In this document: piece after piece, positions 20,174 to 29,981 of the stretch | Layout of the letters: the number at the start of each line of letters is the position of its first letter | Position numbering within the stretch: position 1 is the first letter of the stretch | From: a virus | Lineage: Duplodnaviria; Caudoviricetes | Reading direction: 5' to 3' (one strand) | Length of the DNA stretch: 64,000 nt | IMG/VR virus record: IMGVR_UViG_2687453622_000001 | Span: 1-64,000 of that record | Notes under the pieces: model-generated | Told to the model about the DNA's origin: nothing | The model's input: the letters and a program-made list of their open reading frames with translations, nothing else | Databases searched by the model: none | Translations under genes and position numbers: made by a program

Positions 20174-20480
20174 TCAGTCGTCGCCTTTGGCCCTGTTGCA
20201 CGCCTTGCACAGCCAACGGCAGTTGTCGGGCACGGTGCGCCCGCCCTTCGACCAGGCGATGACAAGGTCGGCCTCCCCCTCCTCGACATCGGCGAACGCT
20301 TTGCCGCATGCGGGGCAGATGCGGTTCTGCCGTTCGAATGCGGCGCGCCTGTCCGCTTCCCTGAATTTGCGGATGCTCAGGACGCGTTCACCCCCCGGCA
20401 CGTACGAGTAGACGCCCGTCTTGGCGGTCACGTCATCATCGGCCATGAGCGTCGCGATCCGCACCTCCGGATCGGCATAG
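20174..20480 (-). pseudogene. C-terminal HNH endonuclease remnant
   Basis: CPACG..EADLVIAWSKGGRT..NCRWLCKACNRAK; catalytic His replaced; no proper N-terminus. Confidence 0.65.
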
Positions 20481-20538
20481 AACCGGGCGCGTCCGACACG
20501 GGCGCGGAAACACGAAAAATCGAAAGGCAGAGAAACCA

Positions 20539-21009
20539 ATGAGCGACTTCACCGTCAACGTCACGTCCACACCCACGCCGGCATCGACGCCGGCGGCCGA
20601 GCCCGCCCGGCATGCGAGCCTGAACACGCGGCGCGGGCTTGCCAAATACATTCTGCTCGGCCTGATCACGTTCGGCATCTACGACCTGTGGCAGATGAGC
20701 GAGATCACCGATACGGTGAACCTGATCTGCACGAAGCGGGACGGCAAACGCACCATGCACTACCTGCTCATGTTCTTCCTCGTCGGCTGGATCACGTTCG
20801 GCATCGGCTGGCTCGTCTGGGGACACCGGCTGAGCGCCCGCATCGGCGTGGAGCAGGCCGCCCGCCGACTGCCCGTCACCATGACCGCAGGCACGTTCTG
20901 GCTATGGAACATCCTCGGCGCGTTCATCATCATCGGCCCGCTCGTCTACACGTACAAGCTACTGCACGCCATGAACGATCTGTGCGCCGACTACAACCAG
21001 CGCGGCTAG
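20539..21009 (+). CDS. DUF4234-like membrane protein
   Basis: RGLAKYILLGLITFGIY repeated as LVGWITFGIG; three TM segments. Confidence 0.75.
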   Translation: MSDFTVNVTSTPTPASTPAAEPARHASLNTRRGLAKYILLGLITFGIYDLWQMSEITDTVNLICTKRDGKRTMHYLLMFFLVGWITFGIGWLVWGHRLSARIGVEQAARRLPVTMTAGTFWLWNILGAFIIIGPLVYTYKLLHAMNDLCADYNQRG

Positions 21010-21016
21010 ACGGCCG

Positions 21017-21508
21017 TCAATCCTCCCTGCGATCCTCCCGGTATCCATCCGACGCGACATGGTCGAGCACGAAAGCCGCGATCTGGTCGCGCAGCTTCGG
21101 GAAAGTCTCCTTGCCGGTCGTTTGACGCCGGTCCATGATCCATGCGAACACGCAGGTGAGAATAAAGCCGCCCATCAGGCCGTACACGTCGATGTCGGCC
21201 CGCTGGCGGAGAGACAGTGCGATGCCGGCCGCCCACCATCCGATGCACAGCATGATGCCGAGCGCGTGCAGGATGATGGCGAACGGCGTCTTGTCGACTT
21301 CCACGATGTCCAGCCAGCACTGCAATTCAAGGACGATGAGCAGGAACGCGACAAGCCACAACGGCGCCTGAAGGATTCCGACGAGCAGCGGCGTATGGTT
21401 CGCGGCCAGCCACGCGAGTATCGGCCCGCGGTTGAACGCGAACACCAACGCCATGACGAACAGGATGATCGCCGTCCACGCGAGACGGCGCACGGTTTCC
21501 AGGCTCAT
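21017..21508 (-). CDS. membrane protein
   Basis: Four hydrophobic segments; RBS AAGGGGG. Confidence 0.65.
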   Translation of the reverse strand: MSLETVRRLAWTAIILFVMALVFAFNRGPILAWLAANHTPLLVGILQAPLWLVAFLLIVLELQCWLDIVEVDKTPFAIILHALGIMLCIGWWAAGIALSLRQRADIDVYGLMGGFILTCVFAWIMDRRQTTGKETFPKLRDQIAAFVLDHVASDGYREDRRED

Positions 21509-21557
21509 GATTCCCCCTTCTGTCGCCTTTCCTTCTTTTTCCCAAATAACCCGAACA

Positions 21558-21920
21558 TCATCGGTTTCCTTCCTGATTGTCGAAACCGCCTTCCGGCCCG
21601 TAGTCGCTATCATCCAACGTCCATTCGCTTGTCCCGTCCGGCCCGGTCTCGAATGCGATGGTCGTGTTGCAGAACCCGCAGCGTTCCACGGTGATGGAGG
21701 TGCGTCCGTCGGCCGTCAATCCCTGCGCCCACCATGGCTGGAACGGGTGCCCACATCCGGAACACGGTTGCGGATCACGTCGCAAGCCGTTGTTCTCGCA
21801 GGGGAACAGTGCTCGGGCTTCGATGGGTGGACGCCACCCATGCCAGTCGACGGGCCGTCCGTCCCATGCGGGCGGCAGCCGGAAATCGGTCAGGTCGGCC
21901 GGCCATTCCAGAATGTTCAA
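21558..21920 (-). CDS. hypothetical CxxC Zn-ribbon protein
   Basis: CSGCG and CGFC; TTG start overlapping upstream stop. Confidence 0.55.
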   Translation of the reverse strand: MNILEWPADLTDFRLPPAWDGRPVDWHGWRPPIEARALFPCENNGLRRDPQPCSGCGHPFQPWWAQGLTADGRTSITVERCGFCNTTIAFETGPDGTSEWTLDDSDYGPEGGFDNQEGNR

Positions 21921-22453
21921 TGGTCCAGCTCCTTTTCGTATTCGTCGATGATTCGCCGGATATCCTCGCCGGTCCAGAAACCGTAATGGTCGAGCCTTGC
22001 GGCGACCGCCTGAATCAGGGGCTTGTTGTTCCTTGCCGCGAGCCGCGCCCTGACCCACAATGAGTCCATGATCTCGTCGGTGGAGCCCATCGCCGGGTCG
22101 ATACGGTGGATGATCGCCGCGTTCACCAGTTTCGACTGCACGTCGCCGCCGATGCGGAGCGCGTCGGTCCGGTATTCCGGATATTCCAGGGTCACGGCGA
22201 ACCCGGCCATGGAGATGATCGTCTCCGTCTGCAATCGGACGGACATATCATCGTCCATACCGGTGGCATGCTGCTGGCTGGTCTCTCCGGTATCGTCCTC
22301 CCGCAGCATGATTCCTTGTTGCGTGTATCCGAACCGATAGCCGACCACCGCATGCCCGGCCTCGTGCAGGCGGACGCGCATCGGAGGTTCGGGCGGCTTG
22401 GAATGGCGGATTGCCCGGAGTTTCGCGACCCACCAATCGTATGTGTTCATCAT
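21917..22453 (-). CDS. HExxH Zn-metalloprotease-like protein (M41-like fragment)
   Basis: HEAGHAVVG, ISMAG, GGD. Confidence 0.7.
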   Translation of the reverse strand: MMNTYDWWVAKLRAIRHSKPPEPPMRVRLHEAGHAVVGYRFGYTQQGIMLREDDTGETSQQHATGMDDDMSVRLQTETIISMAGFAVTLEYPEYRTDALRIGGDVQSKLVNAAIIHRIDPAMGSTDEIMDSLWVRARLAARNNKPLIQAVAARLDHYGFWTGEDIRRIIDEYEKELDH

Positions 22454-23046
22454 CGCCTGCCTTCCATCATCAAATCCAATATGACGGCCAACGGCACCAC
22501 GTCATGACTGGCGTGCGTCTTGCACACGGGACCGTACCAGCCGGTTTCGGGCATATCCTCACAGTCGGGGCCGTCCGTCCGCATCCAACGGCGGATCGCG
22601 ACCACGGGTTTGCCGCAGGATTCGTAGTCCCCGTCGCGGGATACGCCGGCCGTGCATCCTAGACGCAGCCAGGACGGGTCGTATGCGGCGAAGACGCGCA
22701 TCGGGTCGTATGGCAATACGCCCGATAGCGGTGGCATGAGCGACGGATCATGCTTCCAGCAGCCGGCATCGGCCACGGCCTTCAACACCTCCGACAATGG
22801 GACGACATCATGGTTGGCATGCAGCTTGCACGCGGGTCCGTATACGCCCTCCTCGGGCAGGAGCTCGCAATCGTCGTACCCGTCGTCGCGCGTCCAACGG
22901 CGGATCGCCACAGGCGGTTTGCCGCACATGTCGAAGTTCTCGCCTTTCCAGCAGCCGGCCGCACAGCCGAGCCGCAGGGCCAACGGGTTGCATTGTTCGG
23001 CGATGAGCTTCGGATCATACGGCAATGGCTGTTTGGTTTCACTCAT
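22450..23046 (-). CDS. protein of two tandem Cys/His-rich repeats
   Basis: LPYDP..LRLGC.AG..CGKP.VAIRRW..YGP.CK.HA.HDVVPL occurs twice. Confidence 0.75.
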   Translation of the reverse strand: MSETKQPLPYDPKLIAEQCNPLALRLGCAAGCWKGENFDMCGKPPVAIRRWTRDDGYDDCELLPEEGVYGPACKLHANHDVVPLSEVLKAVADAGCWKHDPSLMPPLSGVLPYDPMRVFAAYDPSWLRLGCTAGVSRDGDYESCGKPVVAIRRWMRTDGPDCEDMPETGWYGPVCKTHASHDVVPLAVILDLMMEGRR

Positions 23047-23085
23047 AGTCTCGGCTCCCCTTTCCGCTGTGATATGCGTTCGCGG

Positions 23086-23157
23086 TTGACTTCCTCCCCC
23101 GACTGAAGTCGGGGGATTCTTCCCCTCGCGGGGAGGAGTTTCCTGTGGGTTTAGACG
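23086..23157 (-). mobile_element. 72-bp non-autonomous IS200/IS605 derivative (PATE-like)
   Basis: Two hairpins, ends GGAGGAAGTCAA like the IS605 right end at 54436; removal restores the upstream ORF. Confidence 0.75.
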
Positions 23158-23348
23158 ATCCACGCTCTTTGGGTGTGAATCATCCAGTCGAACATCGCCG
23201 CAGGCAGGCAGGCCTCCAGGTCGCCCGTGGAATCGATCGCGTCGTCGAGCAGACGATCAGCCTCCCGCTCCCCCATCGGCGCACCGCAACCGGCGGACGG
23301 CCGCAAACGGCCAGGTCGGCATCCGAGAACACGCTCGCGCCGCATCAC
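23151..23348 (-). CDS. small hypothetical protein, 3' end truncated by the 72-bp element
   Basis: Without the insert it ends RAWIRERISQRKGEPRL* overlapping the next ATG. Confidence 0.55.
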   Translation of the reverse strand: MMRRERVLGCRPGRLRPSAGCGAPMGEREADRLLDDAIDSTGDLEACLPAAMFDWMIHTQRAWIV

Positions 23349-23917
23349 GTCCCCCAGCCGACCGGGATGTCCGCGCTTTTCGCCGTCTCCAACAGGAGCC
23401 GGAACAGCTGGATGGCATCTTCCTCGCCTTCCATAGGGTCGAACCGGATGCCGTCATTCCCTGCCATGGCGGTCTCCAACATGAAAGCCACCTGACTGTC
23501 CGCGCCGACGAACGCGAACCCGGAACCGGCTTCCACCCACTCCCGGCGGCCCACGTCCCACCGCAGGTTCAGATACCGGCCGAATCCACGATGCATGTCC
23601 GCGCCGATCCACACGGAACGGCAGCAGTCCAGGAACTCGGATGACGTGATATCCACGCTCAACCCCGATTCGACCGAACCGGACACGAACGGGATGCGAG
23701 CCGCCAGCATGGCGGCCAACGGTCTCAACCACTTCACATCACCGCCGGACGCGATACGCTCCCCATCCACGATGGCCGTGGAATCGTCGGCGCCGGAGGA
23801 AATGTCCCCTTCGCCGGTCATGCGGGACACGCCGTCCGGGTCGAACTCCCAATCATATTCGACCGGATTGTTGCCGGTCTCGTCATTGGTCTCCACGATG
23901 ATGCGTTCAACATTCAT
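23345..23917 (-). CDS. hypothetical protein
   Basis: RBS AGGAGG; overlaps both neighbours. Confidence 0.65.
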   Translation of the reverse strand: MNVERIIVETNDETGNNPVEYDWEFDPDGVSRMTGEGDISSGADDSTAIVDGERIASGGDVKWLRPLAAMLAARIPFVSGSVESGLSVDITSSEFLDCCRSVWIGADMHRGFGRYLNLRWDVGRREWVEAGSGFAFVGADSQVAFMLETAMAGNDGIRFDPMEGEEDAIQLFRLLLETAKSADIPVGWGT

Positions 23918-24510
23918 GATTGCTCCTCCTTGTCCAATACGGTTCTGGATACTTTCAGATATCGTGTGCCGCCCGACTGGCGTAGCTGGCGGTTGTTGAT
24001 GCTGTCGATGACCGGGGCTGGGGGATCCGTATACGATTCATGCGCCCGGACGATCACATGATGATTCGGGTTGAACCCGGAGTACAGGTGCGTGATCGCG
24101 AAGGTCGCCGATAGTACGTCCAGATCCTTGAAATCGTAGATGGTGTCCGTTCGGAACCCGTCGATGCCGGTCGGCGGTTCGACCGGTTCGAGACCATGGA
24201 CGCCGAACATCGCCACCCTGACCCTCATGTCCGGATCATGCTCGAACAGGTGCGCATATTCGTCGCGCAGCACATCATATTCGGCTATCGCCCGTTTCGC
24301 GGTCATCGGCATGCTCTCCGGGTCGGCAAGCATACGTTTCACGAACGCAATGCCCTCGTCGGTGATGATCCGGTCATGCTGCCCGAAATCGACCAAGCCG
24401 CGTTCCTTCAACGCGTCGAAACCATAGGGGCCGGTATACCACGAGTCTTCCTTGAGCCTGTCGACGGCGAAAAACAGCATGGCGTACTGGGCTTTCGTGA
24501 TGCTCTTCAT
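23914..24510 (-). CDS. hypothetical protein
   Basis: ATGA-coupled operon member. Confidence 0.65.
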   Translation of the reverse strand: MKSITKAQYAMLFFAVDRLKEDSWYTGPYGFDALKERGLVDFGQHDRIITDEGIAFVKRMLADPESMPMTAKRAIAEYDVLRDEYAHLFEHDPDMRVRVAMFGVHGLEPVEPPTGIDGFRTDTIYDFKDLDVLSATFAITHLYSGFNPNHHVIVRAHESYTDPPAPVIDSINNRQLRQSGGTRYLKVSRTVLDKEEQS

Positions 24511-25295
24511 CGATTGTCCCCCGTCCATTGGCTCAGGTATCCGCGCACGTCGGCCGCCGTGCCCTCCCTGTCGGAGTCGAAGCCGTCCGGCTGCCAGGTG
24601 CCGTCTGACATGATCAGCAGGTCCAGACTGATGGGATGGTCTTCCGCACCTTGGCTTTGGAATATGACGGCGCCGGTTTCGACCGGGTCGCCGTTCGAGA
24701 ACAGGTCATCCCAGTACACGTCATCCGCCTCCAATGCCTCGACCCTGCCAAGACCGGCGACGGTCTTCCGGTAGCCATCGAGAATCTTCCCGCGATTTCT
24801 GACCGCTTCGATCAGCCGACTTGCCGCATGCGTCGGATCGGCGGGCAATAGCGCACGGAACACGCTTTCGCCGACCTCGAACACCAGATAGTCCGGATCC
24901 GAAGAGCGCGTGGCGGGGATACCTGAATCGTTCAACCGTTTCACGGCCTTGTCGGCCTCGTCCATGATGCCGCGGTCCTTGCGCCACTGGTCGTATCCGA
25001 CGTCGAACAGGACCGTCATGGTCGTCTCATAGTCGGTGTCGAAGGTCGTTGTTTTCGGATGCCACCAGCCGTCGGAAACCGTCCAGTGGATCAGGTTCCC
25101 GTCGAATTCAAGGCGAATGCGCCAGTAGTCGAACGGTCCGCTTCGTGTTTCGAATGTGGATTTGCAGTCGAACAGTCTTCTCAGGTTCGACCATTCGTAC
25201 GGTAACATCGGCGTGATTCTGAGCAGAATGATGTTGTCGGCCATCAACCAGTGACAGTCTGCGAAGAAACGAATCTCGGGCGTGACGACGCTCAT
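24507..25295 (-). CDS. hypothetical protein
   Basis: ATGA-coupled operon member. Confidence 0.65.
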   Translation of the reverse strand: MSVVTPEIRFFADCHWLMADNIILLRITPMLPYEWSNLRRLFDCKSTFETRSGPFDYWRIRLEFDGNLIHWTVSDGWWHPKTTTFDTDYETTMTVLFDVGYDQWRKDRGIMDEADKAVKRLNDSGIPATRSSDPDYLVFEVGESVFRALLPADPTHAASRLIEAVRNRGKILDGYRKTVAGLGRVEALEADDVYWDDLFSNGDPVETGAVIFQSQGAEDHPISLDLLIMSDGTWQPDGFDSDREGTAADVRGYLSQWTGDNR

Positions 25296-25415
25296 TCCCT
25301 GCACCATCCTCTCTGTTTCGTCTCCACATACATGGCGTCGCGCACCTCGGTGTCGTTCCAACCCCATTCGCGGGCGAGATGCAGGTAGTGTTCGCCTATC
25401 ACATCGATGTCCTCT

Positions 25416-25685
25416 CTACCTTTCCCCGCAATCCCAACGGTCGTAGCATGCGGGGCATTCGTATTGCGCGTATTCGGGATTCCACTTGGCGTGCTCACGG
25501 CATACCAGACGCCAGCAGGCCTCACATATCTCGCCGCAGTCCGTGCAGTTGACGCGCCCGCAACAGGGGCATTTCCTCGCATGCTCCTCACACAACGGTA
25601 TGCCGCAACCGCCGCAGTGGTCAGCCACGTCATCCGGCTCGTACGGGCCGTGGATTGAATCTTCGCAGGTTTCGTTCGCGTTCAT
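25416..25685 (-). CDS. Cys-rich Zn-finger protein
   Basis: Multiple CxxC/CxxH pairs; RBS AAGGA. Confidence 0.65.
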   Translation of the reverse strand: MNANETCEDSIHGPYEPDDVADHCGGCGIPLCEEHARKCPCCGRVNCTDCGEICEACWRLVCREHAKWNPEYAQYECPACYDRWDCGER

Positions 25686-25697
25686 GATGGTTCTTTT

Positions 25698-26036
25698 TCA
25701 TTCCTTGCCTAACAGGTCAAGTCCGGCGCATACCGTCTCCCATACGGTCTTGTCGTCGAATGCGATGAGCATGCCGGATATGCTGTATTCGCTCGCATGA
25801 GGCAACGCGTCGCCGCAATCCACGGCCGCACGCCAGGTGCCGTCGAACATGCCGTAGTCGTCCAGATCGCCCGCATACGACACGTCCGACGGCTTCGCAT
25901 GGCCGAGCCGTCGGAATTCCTCGTCAGTAAGAAAGCGCCATTCGCGCGTATCGTGCACGCGCAGATCGTCGCGGTTGGTTTGCAGTGTAGCGAGTATCGC
26001 CTTGCGGGCGGTCGTGTGGAAAGATGCTGTTTTCAT
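25698..26036 (-). CDS. hypothetical protein
   Basis: RBS AAGGAG; coupled to upstream gene. Confidence 0.65.
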   Translation of the reverse strand: MKTASFHTTARKAILATLQTNRDDLRVHDTREWRFLTDEEFRRLGHAKPSDVSYAGDLDDYGMFDGTWRAAVDCGDALPHASEYSISGMLIAFDDKTVWETVCAGLDLLGKE

Positions 26037-26656
26037 GTTCGTCTCCTTTTCGTCCGTTCTACGTGCGACGCGAATTCCAATGCCTTCTCGCCCTTGTCGG
26101 TCAGCGCGTCGAACACTTGGTCGATGTAGTATCTGCGTTCCAGCACGCCCAGCTCCCGTAGTCGTTGCGATTCCTCCGCCGGTTTGACCACGCCATACGG
26201 TTTAAGCTCTTTCAGGATTGCGATGTCCCGCCCGTCCAACAGGGGCGGGTCGTCGGGTTCCAGCAACGCTTTCAGACGGTTGGCCTTGTTCTCCATGTCG
26301 GATACGGTGACGGCCAGCGAATCGGGCATTGGCGTATCCGTACCTTCGCACAGGCTCGCCCACTGTTTGCGCTTGTCTTTCGCCTTGTCGAGGTATTTGT
26401 TCGCTGTGAGGGTGATTATCCGCACGCGGAATTCGTCGAAGTCGCAGACTCCTTTATGATGGTCGTAATCCCGCCAGACGAAGGTGCCGTTCGGACGAAT
26501 CGAGCAGTCGAGGAACACGTACACCTTGTTAGGGCCGCGAATGTCCGCTACGTAGTCGGAGTATTCCGATTCGACCAGCGTAAACTCCACGCCTTCCTTG
26601 CCCAGCCTGTCCAATAGGTCGCGGACGGATTGCAGCGTCTTCTCGATGTTCAGCAT
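26033..26656 (-). CDS. hypothetical protein
   Basis: RBS AAGGAG; 207 aa. Confidence 0.7.
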   Translation of the reverse strand: MLNIEKTLQSVRDLLDRLGKEGVEFTLVESEYSDYVADIRGPNKVYVFLDCSIRPNGTFVWRDYDHHKGVCDFDEFRVRIITLTANKYLDKAKDKRKQWASLCEGTDTPMPDSLAVTVSDMENKANRLKALLEPDDPPLLDGRDIAILKELKPYGVVKPAEESQRLRELGVLERRYYIDQVFDALTDKGEKALEFASHVERTKRRRT

Positions 26657-26659
26657 GGT

Positions 26660-27205
26660 TCACTCCTTGTCCAGTCGGTGCACGTTGGACAGCATGTGCG
26701 ATGCGGCGTTACGGCGCGTCTCATACGGGGTGCCGAGTTCCTCGCCCAGCAGCCACCCCTCGAACACGGACACCGGGTCATGTCGGCCGGAGTATTTGTT
26801 GTTGCAGGCTTCGCACACATGCATGTAGTGTTCGGCCATGTCTTCCACATCCTTCGCTTCCTGTTCGTCGCCAAGCGTGTTCCGGCACCATTCGGCGGTC
26901 TTCTCGAACTTGTCTTTCAACCGCATGAGACGGTCGGTGCGCGGCATGGGCGAGGACAGCAGGCGTGCCAGTTCGTCCAATGCCCGTTCCTCGCCCATGT
27001 CGGCTGTATCGAGGACGGTGTTATCCTCGACAAGCTCGTACTGCGTGCGGACGATGCTGATGGTGTCGCTGTCGGGAAGGTTGACGGTGACCTCGTATCC
27101 CGCTTGGGGGTCGAATGCGGTGATTTGTCCGAACTGGTGGTCGTTGTATACATGCCAGTCCGGCAGTATGCGGGTGACGGTGTTGAGGATGTCGCGTGTT
27201 TTCAT
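26660..27205 (-). CDS. hypothetical protein
   Basis: RBS AAGGA; 181 aa. Confidence 0.7.
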   Translation of the reverse strand: MKTRDILNTVTRILPDWHVYNDHQFGQITAFDPQAGYEVTVNLPDSDTISIVRTQYELVEDNTVLDTADMGEERALDELARLLSSPMPRTDRLMRLKDKFEKTAEWCRNTLGDEQEAKDVEDMAEHYMHVCEACNNKYSGRHDPVSVFEGWLLGEELGTPYETRRNAASHMLSNVHRLDKE

Positions 27206-27242
27206 TTTGTCAGTTCCTTTTTAGGATTCGTGTTTGTGTGAA

Positions 27243-27626
27243 TCAGTCCCAAGTGTTCATGTAGTACCCGTTCGGGTTGATTCCGTCAGCCAGATGAGCG
27301 TTGGCGCAGTCGTTCACCTTGAACATGGGGCGGGGGTTCGCGCCGTAATCGGCCTTGAGTCGCTTGTTCCTCAGCTCCTCCCCTTCGAAACGGTCCTTGA
27401 TCGGGGTCACGTACCCGCCTTGCGGGGAGTTGATGTTCCCGGACACGACCTTGCTGGCGAGTTTGCGGACGTTGACGCTCTTGCCCGCCTTGCTGACCTT
27501 GGTCACTTGGTAGAAGTCAACGAGGGTCATGCTGTAGCCCCAAGAGCTGACGAAGATGTCGCCCTCGTGGACCTCCATGCCGGTGGTCGGCGTGTGTTCG
27601 AGTGTTTTGGCTTCTTGGCTGAGCAT
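27243..27626 (-). CDS. hypothetical phage/plasmid-type protein
   Basis: GDIFVSSWGYSMT.VDFYQV; RBS GAAAGGA; preceded by the GGGGACGCATGC motif. Confidence 0.7.
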   Translation of the reverse strand: MLSQEAKTLEHTPTTGMEVHEGDIFVSSWGYSMTLVDFYQVTKVSKAGKSVNVRKLASKVVSGNINSPQGGYVTPIKDRFEGEELRNKRLKADYGANPRPMFKVNDCANAHLADGINPNGYYMNTWD

Positions 27627-27653
27627 TTTCGTCTTCCTTTCCGTCTGTCCCCT

Positions 27654-27731
27654 CACGCATGCGTCCCCATCACAGGCCCTTCGCCTTGAGGATCATGTCC
27701 GCTTCGCCGGTGAAGTCGTGCCGGCGGCGCA
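27654..27731. repeat. about 80-bp direct repeat, copy 1 (copy 2 at 30913-30992)
   Basis: Both copies encode LRRRHDFTGEAD.IL.AKGL* followed by GGGGACGCATGCGTG. Confidence 0.85.
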
Positions 27732-28215
27732 GACTCCGGGTCAAGCCGAACAGCAGTTCCAATGCGGGACGTTCGCGCGGGAACCGGCGCGACGGCTTCA
27801 CGCATTTCAGGTTTTCACCACGCCCGTATCCGGCAACGGGAGTGTAGATGCCGACACCGCATGCGCCGGCCGGGCTCGACCTCGCGTAATCCACAAGGGA
27901 CGGCGGCACGACCACGTAATTCAGATCGGCGATGAAGCTCAGCCCATGTCCGGACTCGAAATCCTGCTTGCAGCTTTTCACCTCATACGCCAGGAACTCG
28001 CTTTGCTCCAAACCGGACGGAAGCGTGTTGCGTGGCTTGAACCGCATGAAGTCCACGCGGATCGGGTGCGCGAGCGTGTAGTCGTACGTCACCTCATTCG
28101 CCCAGTAGATGCGCGGATCCGGGTAATGAAACACGTCCTTGACAAGCATGCGGCCTAAAGCCGCCGTGATGTCGGGGCGGCCCATGTGCTCCCAGTCGTT
28201 CGGGGCAGGGTTCAT
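27670..28215 (-). CDS. PD-(D/E)XK nuclease-like protein (MmcB-like)
   Basis: NEVT..RVDFM..AYEVKSCKQDF. Confidence 0.7.
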   Translation of the reverse strand: MNPAPNDWEHMGRPDITAALGRMLVKDVFHYPDPRIYWANEVTYDYTLAHPIRVDFMRFKPRNTLPSGLEQSEFLAYEVKSCKQDFESGHGLSFIADLNYVVVPPSLVDYARSSPAGACGVGIYTPVAGYGRGENLKCVKPSRRFPRERPALELLFGLTRSLRRRHDFTGEADMILKAKGL

Positions 28216-28547
28216 GCCGTTGCCTCGATTCCGAACAGGCTACGTTGGGCGAGACGCCGTTTCGACAACTCCAGATAATCCTCGTTCAAATCGATGCCCG
28301 TGTACCGGTAACCATGCTCGAATGCGGCCAGCCCGGTGGTGCCGGAGCCGTTGAACGGGTCCAATACGTGCCCGTCTTCGGGTGCCCCGGCCGTCACGCA
28401 GCGGCGCGCCAATTCCAATGGGAACGTGGCGAAGTGGATGTTCGTGGAGTTGGCGACCGCCATGTCCCATACGTCGCCCGGGTTCTTCAACCCGTCGGCG
28501 GAATTGTCTGTACGCCGGCGATGCTGGACGGCATGCTTGTCGCTCAA
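28212..28547 (-). pseudogene. DNA methyltransferase C-terminal fragment
   Basis: HFATFPLEL, VLDPFNGSGTTG, GIDLNEDY; catalytic SPPY/DPPY part absent. Confidence 0.75.
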
Positions 28548-29344
28548 CGATTGTCCCCTTTCCGTCCGTTCAGGTATTCCCTGACCCGGTCGCGGTCTTC
28601 GGGCCCGTATTCCATCAGCATGGTTTCGAGCCGCGCCTCCGCTTCGTCCTCGTCCGTGAGGATGCGTCGCAGGAACACGCGGAAATCAAAGGCCTGCCAG
28701 GTGTCCGTCAGCCTCCATCGTTCCCGTTCGGCGAGTAGGCCGGCCTCAGGGTCGATACGGTAGGCGCGCGCCTCGCGATAGTTGCAGGTCATGCACCAGT
28801 CGACTTGATCGCCATGATGCTCAAGTTCCTTCCTATAGCAATCCACCTGCGGCAATGCGCCGCCGTATCCGTGATGGTCGTCGGCGTCGAGGCTCACCCA
28901 GGACGCCTTCTGCTCGACGATGAGACGGTCCGGCACGTACACGTCCATGCGCAGGCTACTGAGTCCCGGATTTCGTTCGAACAGGAGCATGCACGGGTCC
29001 AGTCCGACCGATTCGACGATCCGTGTCCACCAGTCGGCGGTCTGGCCGTGCATTTCGCCCATGGGCCGGTCGAACCAGTGGCATTCGGCCGGCATGCCGT
29101 ATAGGACCAAAGGGTTGCCACTCAGGCCGGCCCGGCTGCGCAGATCCTCGTAATCCCGTCTGCGCAACGGCCTGCACTTGTCCCACTGGTCGAACACGGC
29201 CTGTGCGGCCTCGCGGCGCAGGCCGTACAGGTTCGGCCCGGGGATCGGCCGCCATTCGCCTCCTTTCACGTGGAACGCGCCGCTCCAGCCATCATCCTTC
29301 TTCACGATGATTCCGCAGGGCGTCTTCCTGTCATGGGGGATCAC
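28544..29344 (-). CDS. hypothetical protein
   Basis: 266-aa ORF coupled to downstream gene. Confidence 0.6.
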   Translation of the reverse strand: MIPHDRKTPCGIIVKKDDGWSGAFHVKGGEWRPIPGPNLYGLRREAAQAVFDQWDKCRPLRRRDYEDLRSRAGLSGNPLVLYGMPAECHWFDRPMGEMHGQTADWWTRIVESVGLDPCMLLFERNPGLSSLRMDVYVPDRLIVEQKASWVSLDADDHHGYGGALPQVDCYRKELEHHGDQVDWCMTCNYREARAYRIDPEAGLLAERERWRLTDTWQAFDFRVFLRRILTDEDEAEARLETMLMEYGPEDRDRVREYLNGRKGDNR

Positions 29345-29416
29345 GTTCCAGACCGTTCTCCCCCCGGCAGACGTTCCTGTCGCGAAGCCGCCAATCCGGC
29401 GTACGCGGGAAATGCC

Positions 29417-29971
29417 TCATGCTTCCGGGGCCTCCAACTCGTATCCGAGCATGCGCAGCGCGTCCGTGATGGTTTCGCCCGGTTCGCCGTCAAGCGGTTT
29501 CCCGTCGTACATGTCGTATATCCGCCATTCGTCGGGCTCGAACTGGTAGGCGTATACGGTGCCCGCCGGCTTCCCGTCCGGCGCCGTCAGTTCGATCGGC
29601 TTCGATTCGCCCCGCTCCGACCGCCATCGTGCGATGCCGTGCGCGCGATCCATGAGCGTCAGGCTCGCGCCGTCCAGTCCGGCTTCCAGCAGGCTCATAT
29701 ATTGGCTGTCGTCATCATCGCGGATACGCCAGTCGTCGCCGTGGTCGTCCTCCATGCCGATCAGGAGCATGGGCAGTCCGGTGCCGGTGATCGCGGGATC
29801 GTCGCGTATGATCTCGAACGGTCGATCCACCTCGTTGGACGCGGTCTGCCAGATAACCCAGCCCTTGTCGCCTACTCGCGGCGAATCCGGGCCATAGCCG
29901 TCGTCGTGCCGGTCATCGTAATGGAACCGGTCGAGCAATTGGTGTTCGAGATGATTGTCAAACGGTTTCAT
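29417..29971 (-). CDS. hypothetical acidic protein
   Basis: RBS AAAGGA; 184 aa. Confidence 0.65.
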   Translation of the reverse strand: MKPFDNHLEHQLLDRFHYDDRHDDGYGPDSPRVGDKGWVIWQTASNEVDRPFEIIRDDPAITGTGLPMLLIGMEDDHGDDWRIRDDDDSQYMSLLEAGLDGASLTLMDRAHGIARWRSERGESKPIELTAPDGKPAGTVYAYQFEPDEWRIYDMYDGKPLDGEPGETITDALRMLGYELEAPEA

Positions 29972-29981
29972 GGATTGTCCT

